From the NCBI GenBank assembly GCA_964640345.1, contig CAZXFU010000012.1:1-22789 (forward strand): DNA of 22,789 bases, written 5' to 3'. Origin of the DNA: an uncultured Eubacteriales bacterium (GTDB lineage: Bacteria > Bacillota > Clostridia > TANB77 > RGIG9151). This document shows, one piece after another, positions 16,169-22,789 of this stretch. The notes beneath the pieces were generated by a model that was not told the origin of the DNA, did no database searches, and was given only the letters and a program-made list of their open reading frames with translations. Position 1 is the first letter of the stretch. The number at the start of each line of letters is the position of its first letter. Position numbers and translations under genes: made by a program.

Positions 16169-16339
16169 TTACGCTTGTTCCGGAGCTCCAACAGGGCAAA
16201 CATTTGCACAGTTTCCACACTCAATACAAGTATTTTCATCAATAACATATTGTCCTTCGCCTTCAGAAATACAGCTAACAGGACATTCTGCAGCACAAGC
16301 TCCGCAGCTGATACATTTATCAGTAATTCTGTATGCCAT
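16169..16339 (-). CDS. fdx: Clostridial-type 2x[4Fe-4S] ferredoxin, 56 aa (absent from the supplied ORF track)
   Basis: My own translation of the minus strand gives MAYRITDKCISCGACAAECPVSCISEGEGQYVIDENTCIECGNCANVCPVGAPEQA*. It has two CxxCxxCxxxCP motifs, an AAGGAGGTG RBS upstream of the ATG at 16339, and a TAA stop at 16171..16169. Confidence 0.9.
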   Translation of the reverse strand: MAYRITDKCISCGACAAECPVSCISEGEGQYVIDENTCIECGNCANVCPVGAPEQA

Positions 16340-16394
16340 AACAACACACCTCCTTATAATATTACTTTACTATATTAAACCATTCTTTTGCAAA

Positions 16395-16416
16395 ATGCAA
16401 TAAAATTTTATTGCAT
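16395..16416. repeat. 22-nt perfect palindrome spanning the biotin-carrier stop codon
   Basis: ATGCAATAAAATTTTATTGCAT is its own reverse complement. On the minus strand it begins with the last two codons and stop (ATG CAA TAA) of the biotin-carrier gene. Confidence 0.6.
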
Positions 16417-16788
16417 CTCCACCATTATCTTACCGGGTTCAACAGAATCGCCTTCTTTAACCAAAATAGCTGTAACAGTTCCTGCCTCAGGTGCAACAAT
16501 TTCATTTTCCATCTTCATAGCCTCTAAAATAAGTAAAACTTCATGCTTTTGAACCTTTGTGCCAACAGAAGTTTTAATCTTCCAAATACTTCCCGGCATA
16601 GGTGCCAAAACTTTAATATTTCCTTCTTTATTCGGTACAACAACAGGTTCCTCTTTTTTCTCTTCTTTTACTACATTTTCAGCAACTTTAGGTTGAGCAG
16701 CCTCAGTCTTAACATCATTTTCATTCACATCTTCAACCATAACGTCATAAACACTGCCATTAACAGTAACCTTTAAGAATTTTTTCAT
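16408..16788 (-). CDS. Biotin carboxyl carrier protein (biotinyl domain subunit of a biotin-dependent carboxyltransferase/decarboxylase)
   Basis: The biotinylation motif EAMKMENEI sits in a C-terminal biotinyl/lipoyl fold, preceded by a charged, Pro-rich linker. Start taken at ATG 16788 (MKKFLKV...), preceded by AAAGGGTGG. The track start at 16797 is a GTG lying inside that RBS. Confidence 0.88.
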   Translation of the reverse strand: MKKFLKVTVNGSVYDVMVEDVNENDVKTEAAQPKVAENVVKEEKKEEPVVVPNKEGNIKVLAPMPGSIWKIKTSVGTKVQKHEVLLILEAMKMENEIVAPEAGTVTAILVKEGDSVEPGKIMVEMQ

Positions 16789-16810
16789 ACTTTCCACCCT
16801 TTCATAAAGT

Positions 16811-16996
16811 CTAAAACTTGTTATTTAAATTCTCTTGACGCGAAAACGTATTCCAAACAGGAGCATTAATTTTTCCATGTTTCATTCTTGTAACAAAGAA
16901 ATTACTGTCTGAATATAAAATCTCATTAACCGCCGCAATAATCGCAACTCTAACTAACTCATCATTACACTCGCTCAAAATATTAATTTTATACAT
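16811..16996 (-). CDS. Small OadG-like subunit lacking the usual N-terminal transmembrane helix
   Basis: 61 aa. AAGGGG RBS overlapping the end of the carboxyltransferase gene. The pattern VRVAIIAAVNEIL...FVTRM...APVWNTFSRQENL resembles the C-terminal part of OadG/MmdD-type small subunits. The position between the carboxyltransferase and the carrier is typical. Confidence 0.55.
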   Translation of the reverse strand: MYKINILSECNDELVRVAIIAAVNEILYSDSNFFVTRMKHGKINAPVWNTFSRQENLNNKF

Positions 16997-17007
16997 ACAA
17001 AAACCCC

Positions 17008-18390
17008 TTAAAAAGAAGCACTCTCATGTCTTCTTACAGATTTAATCTCCCTTTTTCCCGAAAACATATCTAACGCATTAACAATCCTCTTTCTGGTCTC
17101 AGCCGGCGAAATAACCAAATCAACAAACCCCGAAGCCTTACAAGGATTAGCATCATTTTCCATATAATCCTTTAATTTTTCTTTTCTAAATTCAACAGGC
17201 GACTCAGCATCAGCAATATCTTCATTGTATAAAATATTAACAGCACCTTGCGGATTAATAACAGATATTTTTGAATTTTTCCATGCAAAAACAATATCCG
17301 GCAAGGCTCCCATCATCAAATTAGCTCCTCCAAACGCTTTTCCAAAAATCACATTAATCTTTGGAACTGTCGCATCCGAATAAGCAAATAAAAGACCGGC
17401 ACTCTTCTTAACAATTCCCTTAAGCTCCTCTTCTAACGACACAAAAAAACCGTCATTATCTATAAAAGTAACAATAGGGGTATTAAAAGAATCGCAAAAC
17501 TTCACAAACTTACAAGCTTTAGTCGTTGCGTCAATATCGATTTTTCCTTCTAAACAAGCCCTGTTATTAGCCACAATCCCGACAACTTTTCCGCCAATTC
17601 TCCCAAATCCGGTAACAATATTCTTGGCAAAACCGCCACTAATTTCAAAGAATTTATTGCTATCGCAAACAGTATTAATAACATTAAAAACATCTACATT
17701 TTCAAAACTTAACTCATCACAAATTCTGTTATCATCATCGACTTCCACCAAATCACAATCCGCCAAGTTATTATCCGGTAAAAAGCTTAGTAGCTCTCGT
17801 ATCTTCTCGGTGCACTCCTTTTCGTCTAAACACATAACCTGACAACTGCCCGTTCTCTCAAAATGAACCTCTGCACCTGCATAACTTTCAAGCAAAGCCG
17901 TCTTACCATTAACCGCAGTAAGTGCTTGCGGACCGCATATAAACATCTTACTCTTTTCTTTAGTCATAAACACAAAATCACTAAAACTAACTCCAAACGT
18001 CGAGATACCACTTACAACCCCGGAAACGACAGCAATCTCAGGTATGACTCCCGAAGCATTTGCAAGCTTTGATAAAACCTTCTGTATTCCAACAAAAATC
18101 TCTGTCCCTTCATCAATCTTAACTCCCATAGAATCATAAAACCCTATAATTGGCACACCGTTTTTTACAGCCGTATCAATAATTTTACAAATCTTCTCGG
18201 AACTGCTTAACGTCATTGCTCCCGACATAACAGCACCATCTTGTGAAAAAACACATACGGGGCGACTGTTAACGGTTGCATACCCAATAACAACGCCGGT
18301 TGCCACATAAGCATCAATTTCCACAAAACTTCCTTCATCAACTAAATCAAGAATTCTCTTTCTTGCATCTGAAATAACCTCATTTTGCAT
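17008..18390 (-). CDS. Acyl-CoA carboxyltransferase (MmdA/PccB/GcdA family), divergent 460-aa form
   Basis: Two crotonase-like halves. N half: SFVEIDAY, GYATVNSRPVCVFSQD, GFYDSMGVKIDEG. C half: GFGRIGGKVVGIVANN, DIDATTKACKFVKFCDSFNTPIVTFID, FGKAFGGANLMM. Confidence 0.88.
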   Translation of the reverse strand: MQNEVISDARKRILDLVDEGSFVEIDAYVATGVVIGYATVNSRPVCVFSQDGAVMSGAMTLSSSEKICKIIDTAVKNGVPIIGFYDSMGVKIDEGTEIFVGIQKVLSKLANASGVIPEIAVVSGVVSGISTFGVSFSDFVFMTKEKSKMFICGPQALTAVNGKTALLESYAGAEVHFERTGSCQVMCLDEKECTEKIRELLSFLPDNNLADCDLVEVDDDNRICDELSFENVDVFNVINTVCDSNKFFEISGGFAKNIVTGFGRIGGKVVGIVANNRACLEGKIDIDATTKACKFVKFCDSFNTPIVTFIDNDGFFVSLEEELKGIVKKSAGLLFAYSDATVPKINVIFGKAFGGANLMMGALPDIVFAWKNSKISVINPQGAVNILYNEDIADAESPVEFRKEKLKDYMENDANPCKASGFVDLVISPAETRKRIVNALDMFSGKREIKSVRRHESASF

Positions 18391-18464
18391 AATAAGCCCT
18401 CACTTTAAAATAATTTAACGACTTATTTCTAAAAACATTACTAAATATCTTTCAACAACTAATC

Positions 18465-19058
18465 TTAAGCATTACAATATATCCTTAAATACATTTCATA
18501 AGCCGAACTAACTTTCTCGCTATATTTCTTCGTCTCCAAAAAAGGTATATCTTTCAAATTTTCCCCATCACTGCTAAACTCCTCCTTTGCAAGCCACTTT
18601 GAAACATTCGTAGGGCCCGCATTATAAGCCGCAATAATGCTATTAAAATTTCCGTCAAACTTATCAGATAAAAAACTGATATACCATACACCAATCATAA
18701 TATTTTTTTCATAATCAAACAAGTCCTCGGAAGAAAAATTTTCTAAATTAAGTTTTTCAGCAACCCAAGAACCGGTCTCAGGCATAATCTGCATAAGCCC
18801 TATTGCACCTTTAGAAGATACAGCATTTTCATCGAAAAAGCTCTCGGTCCGAATAACCGCCTGTACAAGATATTCATCAACATTATACAAATTGCAATAC
18901 TTCTCAACAATATCTTTATGTACAAGCGGATACCTATTTTTATAAAATTTATCCGCATTAAAAAGACTGTAAAACACAAATCCCAATAAAATAAAGCAAA
19001 GTAACACAGAAAAAATGTTCCCAAGTCCGTACAAACAACCTCTTTTTTTCTTCGCCAA
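18465..19058 (-). CDS. Membrane-anchored lytic transglycosylase (SLT domain)
   Basis: TTG start with a GAAAGGA RBS 9 nt upstream. N-terminal TM helix LGNIFSVLLCFILLGFVFYSLF. SLT motifs IRTESFFDENAVSSKGAIGLMQIMPETG and AAYNAGPTNV. Confidence 0.88.
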   Translation of the reverse strand: MAKKKRGCLYGLGNIFSVLLCFILLGFVFYSLFNADKFYKNRYPLVHKDIVEKYCNLYNVDEYLVQAVIRTESFFDENAVSSKGAIGLMQIMPETGSWVAEKLNLENFSSEDLFDYEKNIMIGVWYISFLSDKFDGNFNSIIAAYNAGPTNVSKWLAKEEFSSDGENLKDIPFLETKKYSEKVSSAYEMYLRIYCNA

Positions 19059-19074
19059 TGTAAACTGTCCTTTC

Positions 19075-21687
19075 TCACTTAGCTTCTAACCAACTCTTGC
19101 CAACATTTGCATCAACTTTAAGTAAAACACTTAGCTTTACTGCATTTTCCATACATTCAACAACAATCTTTTTAGCATCTTCTACTTCGTCATAAGGAGC
19201 TTCAACAATAAGTTCATCGTGTACCTGCAAAATAAGCCTTGACTTCATATCTTTTAATCTATTATTAACCATAATCATCGCAATCTTTATAATATCCGCA
19301 GCACTTCCCTGAATCGGCATATTCATCGCAATTCTCTCACCAAAAGAACGAATATTAAAATTACTTGACTTAATCTCAGGCAAATTCCTTCTCCTATGAA
19401 AAATCGTTTCGGCGTAACCCTTTAATTTCGCATTTTTTACACTGTTATCTTGAAATTCTTTTATTCCTTTAAAATGTTCAAAATACGAATTAATGTATTC
19501 TTCGGCCTCTTTTCTGGAAATCCTTAAATCCTGACCTAAAGAATAATTGCCTTGCCCATAAACAATTCCAAAATTAACCGCCTTAGCACGACTTCTAAGT
19601 TTTGGTGTAACATCTTTTTTTTCAACATGGAAAATCTGCATAGCAGTAGCTGTGTGAATATCCTCATCATTATTAAAAGCCTCAAGCATAACCGTATCTT
19701 GTGCCATATGTGCAAGAACTCTTAGCTCAATCTGAGAATAATCCGCATCAATATATAAAAATCCGTTCTCCGGAATAAACATTTCTCGAATTTTCTTTCC
19801 CGCTTCCATTCTAACAGGAATATTCTGCAAATTAGGATCAGCACTGCTAAGTCTGCCAGTTGCAGTAATTGTCTGATTAAAATTAGAGTGAATCCGACCT
19901 GTATTCGGATTTATAACCGCATCTAATCCATCAATATAGGTAGACTTTAACTTTACAAGTTGCTTATATTCTAAAACTTTATCAATAATAGGATGTTCAT
20001 CTCGTAATTTTTCTAAAGTATCCGCATCCGTCGCATATCCCCTTTGAGTCCTCTTAGGTGCAGGTAATTTTAACTTATCAAACAAAATCCCGCCAAGCTG
20101 CTTTGGGGAATTTATATTAAACTCTTCTCCTGCAAGCATAACAATATTCTTCGCCAAATCATCAATTTTTCCTTGTAATTCAATACCGTAATTCTTTAAT
20201 AAACTTCTATCAACTTTAACACCTGCAATCTGCATATCTGCCAACACTTCAATCAAAGGCATTTCTATTTCATAAAACAACTTTTCCTGATTATTCTTTT
20301 TAATATTTTCAAAATAAAAATCTTTTGAATCCCAAATTACTTTTGCAATAGAACAAACATACTTATTATTATCTACTTTGTTTACGTTTTCAAACAAACT
20401 AATTTGATTTTCTCCGATGTCCTTAATCAAATTAATATCAAAATTATACTTATTAAGAAAAAACTTCTCAATACTTCCCGAAACATTTATAGCATCGTAC
20501 ACATATTCGGCAATATCCAAATCAAAAACTAAATTTTTAAGCTGTATTCCCATATTCTTAAGCTCAATAAATAAAGGTTTCGTATACGCCCCATATTTCT
20601 TCGCGTCACACTCAAAAATACTCTTTAATAATAACTCTTTATCATTAGATTCAAAGCAAAAAGCCCCCAAATCCGAATAAATTCCGACCTGATACGGCTT
20701 TTTATCCGAACAGAAAAAAGAAAACTCCTTAATATCTTTTAACACTTCAAAATCATACAATTTTCTCCCTAAAATCGGTTCAAATGCACTTATTTTACTA
20801 TTTTCTCCTCGAATCAAATTAAGCTTCTTTATAAAAGAAGAAAACTCTAAATCATTAAAAATATCATACAATTCATCATTATTAACTTCCTGTACCTTAA
20901 AATCTTCGCTAAACTCAACAGGAATAACTGTATTTATAGTGGCAAGTGTGCGACTCATAAAGGCTAAATCCCGAAATTCCTTTAACGCCTCTCTCACTTT
21001 AGGCTTCACTATAGCATCATCAATATTTTCATACAAATTTTCAATAGTCTTAAACTTCTGAATAAGGCTAAGTGCCGTCTTTTCGCCAATTCCCGGGACA
21101 CCCGGAATATTATCCGACGAATCACCCATCAAACCTTTAACATTTATCAAATCAATAGGATTAACACCATATTTTTCTCGAATTTTTTCTTCGTTATAAA
21201 CCTCGGTTTCGGTTTTTCCGCTTTTTGTAACAGGTAATTTTACAGCTATACCCGGTCCGATAAGTTGAAAAGAATCTCTATCTCCGGTAAATAATATAAC
21301 GTCAATTCCAAGCTTTTTTGCCTTCTTTGAAAGAGTACCCAGTATATCATCAGCCTCAAACCCTTCAAGCTCAACTCTACTAATGTTCATCGCGTCCAAA
21401 ATTTCTTTTATTATCGGCATCTGAACTGCAAGCTCGTCCGGCATCCCCTTTCTCTGAGCCTTATATCCTTCATACATCTTATGTCTAAAAGTAGGAGCTT
21501 TTAAATCAAAAGCAACAACTAAATAATCCGGATTATCTTCATTTAGTATTTTGAACAAAATATTAAGAAATCCAAACAGAGCATTTGTAGGGACTCCCTT
21601 TTTTGTAGTAAGCATATTTTTTCCGGAGAGTCCGTAAAAAGCTCTGTTCATTATACTATTTCCGTCAATAACAACTAATTTTGCCAT
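19075..21687 (-). CDS. polA: DNA polymerase I
   Basis: 870 aa. 5'-3' exonuclease/FEN domain (LVVIDGNSIMNRAFY, GDRDSFQL, GVPGIGEKTA). Family A polymerase motifs (DYSQIELRVLAH, RSRAKAVNFGIVYG, QVHDELIVE). GAAGGAG RBS. Confidence 0.97.
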   Translation of the reverse strand: MAKLVVIDGNSIMNRAFYGLSGKNMLTTKKGVPTNALFGFLNILFKILNEDNPDYLVVAFDLKAPTFRHKMYEGYKAQRKGMPDELAVQMPIIKEILDAMNISRVELEGFEADDILGTLSKKAKKLGIDVILFTGDRDSFQLIGPGIAVKLPVTKSGKTETEVYNEEKIREKYGVNPIDLINVKGLMGDSSDNIPGVPGIGEKTALSLIQKFKTIENLYENIDDAIVKPKVREALKEFRDLAFMSRTLATINTVIPVEFSEDFKVQEVNNDELYDIFNDLEFSSFIKKLNLIRGENSKISAFEPILGRKLYDFEVLKDIKEFSFFCSDKKPYQVGIYSDLGAFCFESNDKELLLKSIFECDAKKYGAYTKPLFIELKNMGIQLKNLVFDLDIAEYVYDAINVSGSIEKFFLNKYNFDINLIKDIGENQISLFENVNKVDNNKYVCSIAKVIWDSKDFYFENIKKNNQEKLFYEIEMPLIEVLADMQIAGVKVDRSLLKNYGIELQGKIDDLAKNIVMLAGEEFNINSPKQLGGILFDKLKLPAPKRTQRGYATDADTLEKLRDEHPIIDKVLEYKQLVKLKSTYIDGLDAVINPNTGRIHSNFNQTITATGRLSSADPNLQNIPVRMEAGKKIREMFIPENGFLYIDADYSQIELRVLAHMAQDTVMLEAFNNDEDIHTATAMQIFHVEKKDVTPKLRSRAKAVNFGIVYGQGNYSLGQDLRISRKEAEEYINSYFEHFKGIKEFQDNSVKNAKLKGYAETIFHRRRNLPEIKSSNFNIRSFGERIAMNMPIQGSAADIIKIAMIMVNNRLKDMKSRLILQVHDELIVEAPYDEVEDAKKIVVECMENAVKLSVLLKVDANVGKSWLEAK

Positions 21688-21727
21688 AAAAATTACTCCT
21701 TCTCTTTTACTACTTCAAATGCACCTA

Positions 21728-22789
21728 TTATTTCTCCGCTCGTAAGTGCCTTGAAATATTAAGCAAAATCCCTGTGCCCGCCATAAAAATCATCATCGAA
21801 GTTCCGCCATAACTCATAAACGGAACCGGCATACCTGTAACCGGGAAACAGGCTGTAATAATTGCAATATTTAAAACAAGCTGTACCGCAATTAGCATCG
21901 TTATACCAGTTGCAAGCAGACCGGAAAACATATCCGGTGCCTTCGTAGCAATAACAACACCACGCCATATAAGAATTATAAATAACGCAATAATAACAAT
22001 CATTCCAATTAGTCCCAATTCTTCGCCGAGAATAGCAAGAATAAAATCGTTATGAGCATCAGGCAAATACGAATACTTTTGTCTACTTTGCCCCAAACCA
22101 AGTCCAAATATTCCTCCGCTACCTAGTGCATAAAGAGACTGAACAACCTGCCAACCGGTATTTTTCATATCTGCCCATGGGTCTGTAAAACCAATAATTC
22201 TATCTAATCTGTAATCAGACACATAAATACCTATAGCTCCAAGTAGAACCGCAGGAATTCCCAATATAACAAAGTGGCTTATCTTTGCTCCGCCAACAAA
22301 CAAAATAACAACAGAAATAATAACAATAAGTCCCATAGCACTGTAGTGAGGTTCCAAGTATAAAAGTGCCAAAATAATAAAAATAAGCATTAAGTAAAGA
22401 AATAGTCCACGCCAAAACAACTTAATCTTTTTAGGATTCATAGAAATTCTTGCGGACAAAAAAATAATAACTGCAAGTTTTGCAATCTCAGAAGGTTGCA
22501 AATTAAAAAATCCAAGATTTATCCAACGCTTTGCACCACGCACATCACCTGAGCCGACACCCGGGATTAAAACAAGCCCCAAAAGACAAATTGCGACAAA
22601 AAATATCAAGCCGGAAAAGTTCTTGTAAAACTTATAATCCCATCGAGACAGAAAAAGCATAAAACAAATTCCAACAACACCAAAAATAAACTGACGAATA
22701 AAAAAGTAATATGGTGAACCGTACTTTAACACACCTAAATGCGAACTTGCACTAAGTACCATTAAAAGCCCAACCCCAAAAATAATCAA
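21728..22789 (-). CDS. SEDS-family peptidoglycan glycosyltransferase (FtsW/RodA/SpoVE); the 5' end lies beyond the window
   Basis: Polytopic membrane protein with SEDS signatures: RWINLGFFNLQPSEIAKL, LPDAHNDFILAILGEELGLIG, PVTGMPVPFMSYGGTSMM. The ORF is open to the right window edge, so it is partial. Confidence 0.9.
   Translation of the reverse strand: MIIFGVGLLMVLSASSHLGVLKYGSPYYFFIRQFIFGVVGICFMLFLSRWDYKFYKNFSGLIFFVAICLLGLVLIPGVGSGDVRGAKRWINLGFFNLQPSEIAKLAVIIFLSARISMNPKKIKLFWRGLFLYLMLIFIILALLYLEPHYSAMGLIVIISVVILFVGGAKISHFVILGIPAVLLGAIGIYVSDYRLDRIIGFTDPWADMKNTGWQVVQSLYALGSGGIFGLGLGQSRQKYSYLPDAHNDFILAILGEELGLIGMIVIIALFIILIWRGVVIATKAPDMFSGLLATGITMLIAVQLVLNIAIITACFPVTGMPVPFMSYGGTSMMIFMAGTGILLNISRHLRAEK

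Noticed and set aside
16132-16347. The 71-aa minus-strand ORF from the track (MLLWHTELLINVSAAELV...)
   Set aside because: It is a different frame on the same strand as the 56-aa ferredoxin gene. It has no RBS and no recognisable motif, whereas the ferredoxin frame has both.
16058-16378. The 106-aa plus-strand ORF across the gpr/ferredoxin intergenic region
   Set aside because: It lies antisense to the ferredoxin gene and to the terminator and promoter region. Its composition is low-complexity, and I saw no RBS.
18800-19078. The 92-aa ORF overlapping the 5' part of the SLT gene and the polA stop
   Set aside because: It is an alternate frame of the SLT lytic transglycosylase gene. That gene has a proper RBS plus TTG start, a TM anchor and catalytic motifs.
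21759-22415. Two Cys/Tyr-rich small ORFs (21759..21968 and 22215..22415, minus strand) that look superficially like cysteine-rich peptides
   Set aside because: They are out-of-frame readings, on the same strand, of the hydrophobic SEDS membrane protein gene. The Cys/Tyr richness is a frame-shift artefact of its codon usage, and neither has an RBS.
1-22789. A search for CRISPR arrays, dispersed or tandem repeats, transposase or integrase genes, tRNA/rRNA genes, toxin-antitoxin pairs and defence-island signatures
   Set aside because: I found none by eye. All long ORFs are accounted for by housekeeping or cell-envelope functions. The intergenic regions are short (at most about 190 nt) and are explained by promoters and terminators. 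I could not run a systematic repeat or covariance-model scan, so small ncRNAs cannot be excluded.

Overview
This is an AT-rich chromosomal segment typical of low-GC Firmicutes, probably an endospore-forming member of the Clostridia given the gpr germination protease and an SLH-domain wall protein. It is almost entirely core housekeeping. I call 23 coding regions, 20 of them on the minus strand. In window order they are: a possible gene start at the left edge, rnr, secG, a small TPR-like membrane protein, an SLH/PepSY-like secreted protein, cca, a 3D-domain wall protein, tadA, engB, rluD, a MurD-family ligase, a PP-loop protein, a YkvI-type permease, glyA, a LuxR/GerE-type regulator, gpr, a 56-aa ferredoxin missing from the ORF track, a biotin carrier, a small OadG-like protein, a carboxyltransferase, an SLT lytic transglycosylase, polA, and a 5'-truncated SEDS (FtsW/RodA) gene. 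I found no rRNA or tRNA genes, CRISPR array, transposase, integrase, phage genes or recognisable defence island. The best candidate for non-standard biology is the tightly coupled minus-strand block at 9666..13173. It holds a YkvI-type permease, a 408-aa PP-loop/Cys-cluster protein and a MurD paralog whose D-Glu-contacting motif is altered. This resembles the MurD2/MurL L-glutamate ligase plus epimerase route to peptidoglycan D-Glu, or an uncharacterised variant of it. Secondary points are a biotin carboxyltransferase/carrier module with no pump or carboxylase partner in the window, a pseudo-receiver LuxR regulator between gpr and glyA, and several unusual terminator or overlap arrangements. 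All calls rest on reading translated motifs and sequence by eye. No database search was run.
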